A stretch of DNA of 55,164 nucleotides, filler included, from Sphacelaria rigidula (taxonomy: Eukaryota): assembly GCA_964200075.2 (NCBI GenBank). It is 4 parts of 4 records of this genome, joined end to end, with 100 filler letters (N's around TTAATTAATTAA, not from the genome) between each part and the next. Parts side by side here need not be neighbours in the genome. Positions count along the whole stretch, not along the records: positions 1 to 13,720 come from CAXNAA020002704.1; 3 more parts are not named here. The stretch is one strand, 5' to 3'. Below, in pieces: positions 1 to 11,911 of this stretch. Position 1 is the stretch's first letter. The number at the start of each line of letters is the position of its first letter. The notes under the pieces are model-generated. The model searched no databases, had not been told where the DNA came from, and saw only the letters and a program-made list of their open reading frames with translations. The position numbers and the translations under genes are program-made.

Positions 1-695
1 GCCAAAAAGCCGATCGACATTTGGCACGCCCATAGCAACGAGACAAGTGGGAGGGTCAGAATATCAAGGAAACTCGAGAAAGGGCGAGAAAGATACAACA
101 ATAAAGTAATAACAAGCAGAGTTAACTTGAAACGAAAATAACACAAGAAGCTAACATGTACAAACCGTTAATGTACTTCCCCTGTTCCCTCAGTCTGCTT
201 GGTTATGTTTGTACGGACCCACAACGGTGTCCGATTTTCATTTCGTCATTGCATTCTTGGGATTTTCTCAGTCCAAGTCCCTCCTTGTCCCAAACTTTGC
301 CTCTCGTCTCCATGCGGCCGAGCGGCTAACAATGTTTTCGTGAGTGGAGAGTAGCGGATACGATGAAGAATGAGCAGCGGTCAAAGAGTGAATGAATCGT
401 TTCAGTTTCGAGATGCCCCTCCGGGAGGCCCGATATGCTTTCTGTAGTAGCTTGCCACTAAGGTCCTTCATATCCCTGAGCGCTCGAGTGAAACGCCAAA
501 TAAAAAAAACAAGAGAATCGAATGTGTTCGGACGAAAAAAACGAAATAAAGAAAACGATCAATTTCAAGAAAGGAGATGACGTCATAGCAAAAAGCTCGA
601 CCCGAATCTTTCTCCCTCTCTCCCTTTTTCCCTCTGCGTGACCCTCCCCGCCTCTTCTCTCTACGCTTCTCTCCTTATCTCCCTCCCTCCCTCAC

Positions 696-801
696 CTAAA
701 GTCATGAGCTCGCGCACAATCTTGTTCTTCAAAGTGCTCTGGAACGTGTCACCCTCTAGTTGCAGCCACTCCTCGTACTTGTCGAGGACTAGCTCAAGGA
801 T
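696..801 (-). CDS. MLO: MLO-like protein, exon 3
   Basis: ctcag|ILELVLDKYEEWLQLEGDTFQSTLKNKIVRELMTL+G|gtgag, 106 nt, phase 0/1. It matches the conserved MLO segment 'iE..l..l..wl........l...l.ki..ELM.LG(FIS)'. The rest of the gene lies off the contig. Confidence 0.8.
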
Positions 802-904
802 CTGAGTAGGAAAAAACGGTCGAAAGTTGGTTGGACAAGCGCAACATGGGGTTCAAGTCGTGGTTAGGAGGGGGGGAACCCGGATGATAGGCGGTGGGCG
901 GGTG

Positions 905-1025
905 GGCAGGCGGTGAGAGGGAGGTAACGGGGGGAGGGGGGTGTACTCATTTGTTGCTTGCCTTAGTCGTTTGACCATTGACCACGCATCCCTTTCGAGA
1001 TGGAGCGATGTTCCTACTCGCTGTA
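905..1025 (-). mobile_element. LINE 3'-end fragment with C-rich tail
   Basis: Homologous to 3932-4000 and 17990-18070 (…cgaaagggatgcgtggtcaatgg…cgactaaggcaagcaacaaatgagtac followed by a C-run). Confidence 0.7.
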
Positions 1026-1044
1026 GCGTGATACTAGAAAGTAT

Positions 1045-2114
1045 CAGGGATTTACACGTTACACGTTGCATGAAGCGGTGCACACTTCAAGTTTGCGATG
1101 AAATTTGAAATCCAAGAAGATTGTGCTTCAATAAACACGGGTGAGTTTGAATGAGCGTGGTATAGGACATACTATTTCAGCAAGTTCGCAGGCAACGGCC
1201 AAGGTTAGTTGGAGGGCTGCGGCACCCCCTAGTTGTGGACCCGCCCTTCTCCCCCTTGGATCCATCTCATGTTCTTGTTGCACGTGGGCATGACGTGAAC
1301 TGATAAGTCGTGATGTGTGCTGTGGCGCGGAGCGCGCGAACTTGCTGAAATAGTATATCCTATAACATGGTCATTCAAACTCACTCGTATTTGTTGAAGC
1401 AAAATATTCTAGGATTTCGAATTTCAATGCAAACTTGTAGTGTGCACCGCTTCATGTAACGTGTAACGTAATATGAAACGTTTTATACAACGTGTGACGT
1501 CTAATGCACGTGTGACGTACAATAGCCGGCGTTCAATCGTGTTCAAGATCTGTTGCGTGCACGGCATGTGCTGTCGTGCGGATGACCAAGCATTCGAAAA
1601 TGAAAATTAAAAACACAAAGATGAAGAGGAAAGAGAAGGTATGAAAATATAACGGTCAAAAACGAATGAACGAGACACCGTAGAAAAAGTAACGTTACAC
1701 AATCAGATAACGCGCCTACGCTCGAACATACGACGTGCCACCGTCAGCGTCACGTACACGGTAACGGCACGCGTTACATGACACGTTACAACACCTTGAA
1801 TACTGGTCAATGAGCCGCGACATGCACATAATAAAATGTTACATCCAAACGTTTCACGTGTTAATGAAACGTTATATTAGGCATTAAGCGTGACATTGAA
1901 ACGTTTCATATTATGTTACATGTAACGTAACGTAACGTTGAAATTTGTCAACGTGATGAACGTAACGTTACGTGACTGTCAAATTTTCAAATAAAACGTT
2001 CACGTAATGTTCAATTATTTCAACATGCTAAACGAAACGTAACGTGAAATATAAATTTTACAGAAGTGATGAGCGTGACGCGAACGTGCACATGTAGTAA
2101 CGTGTAGAGCCCTG
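1045..2114. mobile_element. Non-autonomous hAT-like DNA transposon
   Basis: TIRs CAGGGATTTACACGTTAC / GTAACGTGTAGAGCCCTG. 8-bp TSD gaaagtat (1037-1044) / gaaaatat (2115-2122). It has many AACGT subterminal motifs and an internal inverted repeat at about 1052-1190 vs 1335-1470. Confidence 0.85.
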
Positions 2115-2149
2115 GAAAATATCACACATATTTGCGGATTGATTTTCAC

Positions 2150-2410
2150 TCGGTATTTCACCGCCTCAAACTGGCGAATACTGGCGACACCGGGTATTTC
2201 GCCGTCTGATACTGACGGATGCAGGCGATACTGGGTATTTTTGCCTCCTAACACGGGCGGATACTGGTGATACTGCGTATTTCGCAGCTTCACACTGGTC
2301 GATACTGGCGGATACTGAGTATCTTTGTCGTCTCATACGGGTGGATACTGGCCATGCCCAGCATACAGGCACGGGTAATACTGTACTGGATACTGGCGCC
2401 GTGCGGGATA
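2150..2410. repeat. Degenerate tandem array of ATACTGG-containing units
   Basis: The (g/a)atactg(g) motif recurs more than ten times at short, irregular spacing. It is probably a TE subterminal array. Confidence 0.6.
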
Positions 2411-2886
2411 TGGGGAGCATCTTTAGAGCCTCGTAACGGGGAAAACGAAGACGGAGAGACAGAAACATCAAAATAAACCCAGCCAGAAACAAAAACATGC
2501 ACACATACACACACAACTCCCCGCATGAAAAACAAATAAACACAAACCACAAATACACACGAAAAAAAAAGAAGGAAGAAAACAAGGGGGAGGGAAGGGG
2601 AGGGAAGGGACCTTGTGAACGCAAAACTGTCCACTGCTATATCATCTACTCAATCTATGCCCTACACGGGCGAAGGACACAGACCCTGCTGCGGCTGCAG
2701 TTTTTCACGTTACTGTACTACAGACTAATGTATCGATTACTGTTTCCACTACCTTTTTTTCTTTTTCTTGTCGGACTATAGCGTGGCCTGGTTCTTGTTC
2801 CTCCGTCGTACTACTATTGTGCCATGTGGCCATTGTAAAACTGCAAGCCTCAAAATCGTGTCGATTTACGCTGACTACTTGCTCAC

Positions 2887-3064
2887 CATGGCTGTCCCTC
2901 CCAAGACGCTAAGCAGCAGTATAAACGTATCGTAGTCGAAGAACTCCCCCAGCACGAACACGTTGACGCTGGAAGAGTGACTGCTGGAAGAGTGGCTGCT
3001 GGAAGAGTGGCTGCTGGAGTGGCCATCGCCGTGGCTGCTTTCACTCTCGCTGCTGCTACTGTGA
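2887..3064 (-). CDS. MLO: MLO-like protein, exon 2 (His/Ser-rich ectodomain plus start of TM1)
   Basis: aaacag acceptor, then (S)HSSSSESESSHGDGHSSSHSSSSHSSSSHSSSVNVFVLGEFFDYDTFILLLSVLGGTAM, then a gtgag donor (phase 0). An alternative start at the ATG at 3111 is possible. Confidence 0.75.
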
Positions 3065-3283
3065 CTGTTTTTCAGCATCAGAATCAGAATCAGCACCAGC
3101 ACCAGCACCATTGTTATTATCTTTTGTCACCATGATTATCACTAATTATCGCATTCATCATTACCATTATTTCGCGCTACGGCGGTCATGAATTCTTCTT
3201 CAAAATCAGCATCAACATCACTGTCATCATCATCATTGTCATCATCCACTATCATGGTCGATTATAACCAATCATCGCCATCA

Positions 3284-3692
3284 GACCACTTTGTATGGCT
3301 ACCAATCCGTATTTGTACATATACGAGGATTTCAGTCCGTTTGAATCCGATTTTCTCCCGTGGATTGATTTTTCGGCCCCCAGTCCGATGGGCAGTGCTT
3401 TCCGCCGAGTTCTGAGGAAACCAGATCAATTATCCGATTATCTGGGCGCTGACTTTCGAATCACCACCTTTCTGCTCAGATCGGGAGTATCCCGATCTGA
3501 GCAGAAAGGTGGTGATTCAAAAGTCAGCGCCCAGATAATCGGATAATTGATCTGGTTTCCTCAGAGCTCGGCGGAAAACATTGCCCATCGGACTGGGCTT
3601 CGAAAAATCAATCCACGGGAGAAAATCGGGTTCAAACGGGCTGAAATCCTCATGTATGTAAAAATACGGATTGGTTGCCATACAAAGTGGTC
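3284..3692. mobile_element. Foldback (fully palindromic) MITE, PIF/Harbinger-like
   Basis: 409-bp near-perfect palindrome GACCACTTTGTATGG…CCATACAAAGTGGTC centred near 3488. 3-bp TSD tca/tca. Confidence 0.85.
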
Positions 3693-3931
3693 TCATTGCT
3701 ACCATCGCCCGCTGCTTCGACCATGCCTGTTTCTTCAAGATTAGCATCTGCATCAGACATGGGTATCGTTGCCATCCCCTGTCATTATTATCATTAAACA
3801 TCGCCATCATCACGAACGATTCGAGCTGCTACTGCGACCATGACTGTTTCTTCAAAATCACCATCATCATTATCCATTGTCATCATCATCATCATCATTA
3901 TCCATTGCCATCATCCCCACCATACTTCGTG

Positions 3932-4000
3932 CTCCGTCTCGAAAGGGATGCGTGGTCAATGGATAAACGACTAAGGCAAGCAACAAATGAGTACGCACCC
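3932..4000 (+). mobile_element. 5'-truncated LINE insertion with 17-bp TSD
   Basis: LINE 3' end flanked by the direct repeat ccccaccatacttcgtg at 3915-3931 and 4001-4017. Confidence 0.8.
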
Positions 4001-4619
4001 CCCCACCATACTTCGTGTTGACATTTTTCACGTTACAGAAGAGGAAAAAGTACAACGGGCATTACACACAGCGAAAAATAAAACAGACGCAGAAGGAAGA
4101 ATTTAGCTCCCCAGAAGAAAATTACGAGGTTACCCTCGAAGCGCTTGTTGTGTGCCTGTGGGTCGCAACTAACTCACTGGATACGAGGTTAACCAAGTGC
4201 GCATGGAGTACATGAGGCAACGACCATGTACCCGATACTGCACACCCCAGACATGGCAACGGGTAACACCATTGTAGAATGTTACCGAATAAAAAGTGAT
4301 AATTAATGTGGGTTTGTCAGAAAAAAGAAAGTCATCATAAAAAAAGTGAAACTGTGAAAAGGTGATTCCTTAACTGACACTGGTGGGAATTCGTCTCTTT
4401 TATGTGGTGATTTCCACAAAACTCTATATATACACGAGCTGGGCCAGCTGTAAATCCTGCATTTGCATGTCACACCATAACTTATCAACTTTACCAAAAT
4501 CAGCCCGACTTGAATATGTCGGTATGACCTGCAGACCAACGTGGTAACGCACAGGACCGCTGCTGAATGAAAAAAAAAATGAAAAAAATGTACCACATAA
4601 TGTATCACCTAACCGACGG

Positions 4620-4712
4620 AACAAAAAAAAGGAATCCGTCGGGATTCGAACTCGTGACCTCCATAATTGGAGTCAACTGCATCACTTGGATTTAAGGAGC
4701 CCAGCCGTGCCA
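4620..4712 (-). mobile_element. tRNA-derived SINE head (degenerate)
   Basis: The minus strand has a B-box-like GAGTTCGAATCCCG. I could not build a complete cloverleaf. Confidence 0.4.
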
Positions 4713-7188
4713 CAAGAAAAGTTGAGGATTGCGTCAGAGTTCTAGATTTTTTTGCCGGAATTGCACCAGGATCTCCTCACACACACAAGGACGCACAACT
4801 ACACTATTAATAGGGATGCCCCCGTATTTCTTAATTTTCGCGGAGTTTATAGCATTTTCCTAGTTTTTGCAGAAACTTCAATTTCGCTCTAACTTTCTGT
4901 TTTTTTTTCTTGGCATCCCCGGGAAGATTGTGCGTAATGATGATGAAAAAAAGAACACATTCGGAACAGAATCCGGCATCTTTTCGCCCCAATACGCACG
5001 CACACACCTCGCAACCCCAGATTCAGCAAGATGAGGTTGATGTTGGTTGTCCACGTGACATGTGGTCGAAATTTCAGCGCGTAAAAGCACTGATAGCGCT
5101 TGCACGGCCATGCATCCTGAAGTGAGCACCTCTACAGGCGTTACCAAGATGGGTACCGCGTAGAATGACATCATCCAGAGTGTGCCCAATACGGATCGGT
5201 GTTTGTTTGCCGGGGAAGGAGCCACCCAGCAGGTCAGGATGTGGAAGTGAGCGTATCTGCGTGTCAACATATGCATCCACTGACGTCTCACGCAGTCTGG
5301 GCCGAGGGGACTCCGTTTTTGAGGGCGTATCGATGGCATTGTCCAAAATCCGTATTCGCTTCGTGCGTCTGGCGCACCATGTAAAACGTGCCGCCGATCC
5401 GAGAATATGCTGTCTGTGTTGTGGTACACCTCTGTGCCAAGTTTCAGGCCGGTTCGTCTAGACACGGCAGAGAAGTCCACAAGCAAAGTAACGCTTGACT
5501 TGTACTGAGAATACAGTACTAAACCGTCGAAAGATACACGAGGTGCGTATGATTCTTGTATGCGGGCATCTTGGAATTTGAGTTGCATTTTTATTTTGGC
5601 GTAAGACTGGTGAACGCTAGAAGAGTTGAGAAGAGAGGGAGTTACTTTGCAATGCGTGTCCGGAGTGTGGACGTGTATAGTATGTGGCGCCTGAACAGGG
5701 AGGGCGTCGCTCGAATGCACGATTTGCTCCTTTCAATGGTGTATTGTTCAATCAAGTGTATCCACATGGAAGAAAGGAAACGAGGATGAATTGTCTATGG
5801 CCGATAACATTTATTTTGGCGTAAGACGTTCACTGCAACTCTGCAAAAAAAAATTGCCGTCTGGTGTGCCGAGCGTGGGACATTCCCGGAAAGCGAGGTC
5901 ATCACAACATGCATTGTGATTTGAAGCACACAACGCACAAGGCAGCGCTCGAATCGCACTCGTGGTCGACGAGATCGTTTCTGATTCATCGGCCTATCGA
6001 TGGACTCGCTCCAACACATCACCGTCCCCGACAAGAGCAAATGAAAAAAAAAAACAGATGGGACGGGGGAGGCAAGAAGGGAGGAAAGGTCTGAGCCGGA
6101 GTAAACTTTTTTCGCTACGTAAAAGTATGTCCGTGTGTAATGCACTCCGAGAGAATTATGACTAGCAAAACGCTGTCGCGTGTGTATCCAGCCGCTCTGG
6201 GGATACACGGTAGAGAGCGTGGTGTGTACTGGAACAGACAACACCATGATGACTGTTTTGTGCTCTCTTGTTTCTTGCTTATGCAGAGTCCACCTTTACC
6301 GCCACATGCGGCCTGCCGTCTGTGCATCATCCCTGAAATTTCATGGTTGCTGTTGCTGGAGGGTTTGGGTAGCGTTCGCGGCGACTCCAGAAAAGTGCTG
6401 TAGGAAGCAGCCGCATCCGTCTCGAAAAGGTTTCCGGGGCAGTCCATCAAAAGTGATTTAAGGGAAAACCAACAGTAGCTACATTGAATGATGTCCCTGT
6501 CCCGCCGAATGTGGCCGGGCTGAGGTACGGCACCTCTCGCTGGACGGCGAGTCTTCTGCACATGCCGCGGGAGCCCGAAACACGTGTTTGTTCACTTTTT
6601 TTTTTGCCTTCTTTCCAAGACACGGGCGATAAAGCATACTGCATTTTCCCTCTCGATATCTCTGAAGAATTCTAAGCGCGCAAACGTGATCCGTGGCGCG
6701 TTTCACCAGATTCACATCGTTCATCCAAAATAATACTTTCAATCAATGGGGCGAGAGACTCGAGAGTACACCTTTTGCAAACAACGGTCGAGTTGTAAAA
6801 AAATCATATCGCCCTTGTAAAAACGAAACAGGTGTTGGGCTCACGTCTGCATCTCGGAAAGTTTCTGATTTTAGACGGCGAGAGTAGGTCATCTGTTGAA
6901 TCGACATGGATTTCACTTGAACAGAAAAAGCAAAATCCAGATGAACTACCCTCGTCGTTCAAGGGGTAATGGTTTTGAATGGCGGAATGATGTGATCCAT
7001 CATGTTCCTCTTCAAATCGCTCAATATCGCCAATGTGCCCACGTGAAGTTCAAGCTGGATTTGACCACTTGGATAACGGCCACTCATTCATGGAAGCACA
7101 AGAAAAAAAGGGGTATGCTCCCTGCCCAGTATTCGGCACCCGCTTTTGTACCCCCCCTTGTAGGTGGAGAGCTGCGTACTTTCGTTGA

Positions 7189-7281
7189 CCCTCAGAACGC
7201 GGAGTCTACCTGAATCATGCATACTTTTTCAAGTGACATTGATGCCAGTTCAAGAGATGACCTACTCTTGCCGTCTGAGGG
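7189..7281. mobile_element. piggyBac-like MITE (about 100-bp family)
   Basis: ttga|CCCTCAGA…TCTGAGGG|ttaa. The interior is homologous to 9658-9756 and 9834-9933. Partial copies lie at about 6870-6920 and from 13678 to the contig end. Confidence 0.7.
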
Positions 7282-7639
7282 TTAAAGCGGGAGCATTTCT
7301 TGGATGAATACTCCGAACAGTGACTTCCCTTGAGAATTTCAAAAATTCTCCAGTAATTTTTACCGGACAAAACGTCCCACACAAAACAGTTTTGGAAAAA
7401 TATCTCCGGAAACAAGCGGAAGAAGTTTTTTCAAACAGATTTTTTCGGAGCACAAAAATCATCCTCAGGTGTCTCGGGGTAAGTCTTGGCAACAATGAAG
7501 AAAATAGGAACCAGAATCGAGTGCTGTGTGATTGGCCCGAAGCTTTGAATAGCAACAAAAGTGCTTCCGATCTCTATGGCTCCGAAGATTCCATTGACAG
7601 TCCCAAATCAAGAGCTAACCCTTCTCACAACTTTGACAA

Positions 7640-7713
7640 TACATGGTCAATAGTTGCAATAGACAAAAATGTACTGCGTAAAGTTCAGGCCTACAGCAAC
7701 TATTGACCATATA
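7640..7713. repeat. Short inverted-repeat element (possible TA-flanked MITE)
   Basis: 15-bp perfect inverted repeat atggtcaatagttgc / gcaactattgaccat, with TA at the outer ends. Confidence 0.5.
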
Positions 7714-8370
7714 GTGTGCAAGGTGTGATCCTTCGACTGCCAGGGTAGGTCATATGCTGAACTGACATCACTTTCCCTGGAGAACAAACGAGCAAGACCT
7801 GGACTAACCAACCCATTTGGGACCAAGTCATTCGTGAATCGGCGTCATTTCCAGTCGTTGAAAAATCATTTTCAATAGTTTTAAAGTGAAAATGATTCCG
7901 ATTCCCGGAACAGTTCCACGAGCTGACACTCCAAGTACGACCGGGGTTTTACAGGGGGCGGAGGGGGTGCTTTTCGACCGGGGGACAGGGGTCTGTTCGC
8001 AGAACTGCCAAAAAGTTCACCAAGTCAACCATGTGTGCTCGGAATTGTTCCACGGGAAATTATAACCCAGACCACGGGTTCGCGAGATCGGACTAATGTG
8101 CGGAGAAAATAATGGTGATAATAATAATAATAAACAAGGTCCGAGAGGAGCGAAGTGACCGTTCTGACAAATTACGGCTATCAATATAGTCACTCTGTTC
8201 CTCTAGGTGGACCATATAGATGGACTAATTCGCTGTCTACCCGTGTTTATCATTTTGGTAGTGACGATTCAACCATAGATTACATGGGTACATATCAAGT
8301 GTTCTTTACTCTGTCTCGTAGTCTATGCCGCCTGCCTGACACCTCATGTGTTGTCAGCATAGCTTTACAC

Positions 8371-8730
8371 TGTGTGTGTGTTGTCAACCCATCTATTCTG
8401 GACGCCGGTCTACATCTTTTGGTATATGTGAGCACACCAGCCGGGGCCACACAAGAGGAGGGTCAATACAGGAGCTTTTGCTTTTTATTTCTTTTTAATA
8501 CCCTACCTTCCTTTTGCGGTGCTTGCCTTTGATTTTTATCGCGAGAGGGGTTCAACGCTTCCTTTCCCTCGTCGACCGTCGAGCCGATTTTTGTGTACGC
8601 ACGATATAGTCCCCCTCCACTGTTGGGCATGTTGTGAAAAACTCCCAGATCGCTTCGAGATTTGAACCCACAACCCAACGGTCAGAAGGTTTCGAGGTTA
8701 CCAACTGAGATACTGGAGCGACCGGCTACT
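8371..8730 (-). mobile_element. tRNA-derived SINE with (CA)n tail
   Basis: The minus-strand head has an A-box-like TATCTCAGTTGG and a B-box GGTTCAAATC. The body is homologous to 34983-35300, and a (GT)n tract at the left end is the tail. Confidence 0.75.
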
Positions 8731-9492
8731 ACAGTGTTTTTGTGGAACACCAAGCAGACACATGAGCAGCATGCAGTAGACTACGGTGTTGAGAGGAGAA
8801 AGATCGCACGCTGGCCATTTCTCGCCTTTGTATCCAGTAAAGACATAAAGCACAAATACTGGCTGCACGCAATAGGCTGCAAGGTCAAAACCGGTCAGGA
8901 ATCCTCCGCCCAACATCCACATGATGAAAAATGCGTTCTGTGTAGCGAGAAAAGAGCTGTTATGAACCCCTTATGTGATAAAGTTAATCTCTGCACCTGC
9001 GGGGGGTCGCTCTGTAAGGGTTAATGGATCAGAGTTGTTTGAGAAAATGACATGGCCGAACACGCCTCTCTGTAAGGAGTTTTGATACTGTCCGCATGGA
9101 ATGTACGTAGATCTAACGAGGAGCTCATGGTCGTTGGGTTAGCCCTGGTGCACCAGCTTCGTCACAACGTGGCGACCGTGATGGATCAGATGGTCATCGA
9201 TGACATTAGTGGCGAGGTATCACCGGGTAGTGACAGTAACGGTCGTTTGGGTAAAGAATTGCGGGTGACTTCGTTGCCGCCTCCTGTTGTGGCGAGGCAG
9301 GTTTACCCTTGCTCCTCCGCCCGAAATGATGTACGAGGATGTGCTCCTGACTATCTTTCTGTTTAGATCGCGTGTAATCTGCAAATCTGGGATCTACCAT
9401 CAAGTAAAACTCTGCCAAAGGAAATCCACGCCTGCCAGTTGGCAAGCAAGACTTGAACCCTGTAAGAAGGGGCCTTGAAATGAACATGTTAA

Positions 9493-9653
9493 TCCTTTGG
9501 GGACCGGACTTTCCAAAACATGGTGTTTGCACGCAGGGGCCCTTTTTATGAATCAGCATCATTTTTACTTGAAAACGACTGAAAGTGACCCGGATTCACA
9601 AAAGGGCCTCTGCGTACAAACACCATGTTTCTGGGAGTCCGGCCCCAAAAGGG
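9493..9653. mobile_element. piggyBac-like foldback MITE
   Basis: ttaa|TCCTTTGGGGACCGGAC…GTCCGGCCCCAAAAGGG|ttaa, with long imperfect inverted arms. Confidence 0.8.
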
Positions 9654-9657
9654 TTAA

Positions 9658-9756
9658 CCCCTAGACCGCGAGGGCAGTCCATCCGGGCCATGCATACTTT
9701 TTTCGAGTGAAAATTGATGCCGATTCAGCAGGTGACCAACCCTCGCGGTCAAAGGG
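9658..9756. mobile_element. piggyBac-like MITE (about 100-bp family)
   Basis: Shares the TTAA at 9654-9657 with the preceding element. TIRs CCCCTAGACCGCGAGG / CCTCGCGGTCAAAGGG. Confidence 0.75.
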
Positions 9757-9833
9757 TAGAAGAGCAAGTGTCCGGAATCAAAGACACGATTCCCTCTCTC
9801 CCAAACTACCCACTTCATTTCTCAAACTCTTAA

Positions 9834-9933
9834 CCCTTAGACCGCGAGGAGGGTAGTCTATCTGGATCACGCTTACTTTTTCAAGTGGAATTGCTGCCGA
9901 TTCAACAGGTCACCTACTCTCGCCGTCTAAGGG
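9834..9933. mobile_element. piggyBac-like MITE, 100 bp
   Basis: TTAA|CCCTTAGAC…GTCTAAGGG|TTAA, with a perfect TTAA TSD. Confidence 0.85.
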
Positions 9934-11911
9934 TTAAAAGAGCGGCCTGACCCGGGGGTGATAGAGAGCAGTTTTGAAAGAAGTAGTAAGACCCCGTCTT
10001 ATCGGAGGTGTGTTTACTACTTATAGGTGTCAACACTCGAATCAAGTAATAAAATTCCGGGAAGGTTGTCATCATCCAATTCGTTAACACTACTGTACTT
10101 CGCTGTACTGGCTGATTCTCAGAATAATCCTCATGTCTCTTGTCTCGATAAGGCGGGTCTAACTCTTTGGCGGCGAAATCCTGCAAGAAGACTTGCATAC
10201 AAGGGCGTCGGAAAAATGTTGGCCACGCCTACGTCGTAGGCCTTGTCTTACCGAGACCAAAAAACGAAGCGGGAAAAGGAACAAGCGTTCAAACGCAGGA
10301 TGTTGATTATTCGCCGCAACCATAGACCCGCCCCGAGGATGATCAACATGCTGCTATTGGACACTTGTCCCCTTTTCCGCCACTTTTATTGGCGGTCTCC
10401 GTAAGACACGACCCAACCATTTACCTCTGATTTGATTTGACTGATTGACTCTTCGTCATCGTACATAACTGATCCTCAAGAAATCCACCCGTGGTCACAC
10501 GATTGCTCTACAGTACCGAAGGTATCGTAAACAGAATGGAACCATGATATTGTGAGCGAACCTAAAGGAATGGAAAACAAAACAAAACGAGAACAAGGAA
10601 ATAAATGTCATGGTTGGTGCACAAACTCTACCATGATTTCATGATTTCACCAAATCCCTCCCGCGCACGAGACAGCGACTTGAACCCTGATCCCTTTCGG
10701 TACTCTCGCACCTAATCCTCATCAGGTAACGCAAGAAGGGACAATTGAGCCAACAGACTAGACTGAACTGTACTGTGCATGCGTATGATGACCGACTTGT
10801 CTGTACAGCGATGTACGGACGTCTGGTAAGCTCATTGTTGACTTGCAGTCACACAAACAGACCACTGTTGTACAGATGACTTGAACACAAGTTCAAAGCG
10901 GGACAGTGAACTGAAGACAGTCTCTGACTGTGGTACTGTACAGTGACAAGACATGCTGGAAAAGAGGAGACCGTGTTGCTGTGTCGTGAAGCAAGTCGTA
11001 AGGATCCACCGACCCCCTTGTCCACGCCAGCTCGAGGAATTGAACGACCAAATTGCGCACGAACAACAAAATGGTCGAGATAAGCGTTTGTTTGGTGAAC
11101 GGGTGGGCATGTGTTTGACGGGAAGCGGGTCAACAACGCACGGGGGCACACATGACTGCGGTGATACTGCACTTTGGTGTTGTGGAGTACCGTTATGAAC
11201 GTTTTTCTTCAGCTGATACAAAATGAATATTGGGTGCAGTGTCGTGTGAGCGGGCAGGTGAACGCAGCACGGCGTCGTCATCGACAGGGAACTAGCCCGG
11301 GTCTTTCATAGTTCTGTCCTTGAAGGTTGCTAACTAGTAGAGCCGGGCTCGAGGGTGATCCGAGAGGATCTGAAGGAGCGCCCGGACTAACAAGTGAAGT
11401 AACAAATGTAGCAATTGTTCTCGCAACAGTTCCAGCCGAGAGCGCTTCCTGAAGACGTTGTGTGCGACTCTGACAAGATTATTGGAAGAAGCAGTACCTG
11501 TTCTTGCTCACAACCAAATACCACGCAGGGGGCGGAAGGAACTACACCGTCTGTACTGCTATCCGTTTCACCAAGTAGCAGTGCGGGACTCTTAGGATGT
11601 CTAAGAGACGGAGCCACATGAAGAGCCATAACGTACCGCAACCTCCCGCAGCCCACCAACCCATCCCAGCGGCCGTTGGCTATTCAATCAAGACATAGCA
11701 GCCTTGACAGTACACTTTCCTCCTAGAAGGACAAACCCTATGAGTGAACGAAGCACGGCACGACTAACGCAACAAAACACATCAACCACCACGCAATACC
11801 ACCACTGTAACATCTATACCGTACAGTACTGCAGTCGTGCTGATGTACAGCAGCATCGATAATTTACGACACACGTCCCGCGAATACCCCTCGACATGTA
11901 TTTGGACATAC

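Noticed and set aside
3065..3111. MVLVLVLILILML as the MLO signal peptide
   Set aside because: It derives from simple hexamer repeats just upstream of a good aacag acceptor. The phase-matched exon at 11912-12006 is a better leader, though this start is not fully excluded.
3295..3813. Similar ORFs on both strands (MATNPY…WIDFS…), repeated at about 17000 and 38300
   Set aside because: These are translations of the palindromic MITE arms, not a protein family.
4878..6650. 280-aa ORF 4878..5720 and neighbouring ORFs
   Set aside because: No recognisable motif or splice-consistent structure. They lie in the MLO intron among TE ends and are probably degenerate TE sequence.
8650..8730. tRNA gene (also 4620-4712)
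   Set aside because: A/B boxes are present, but I could not build a full cloverleaf. The 8650-8730 copy is attached to a multi-copy SINE body.
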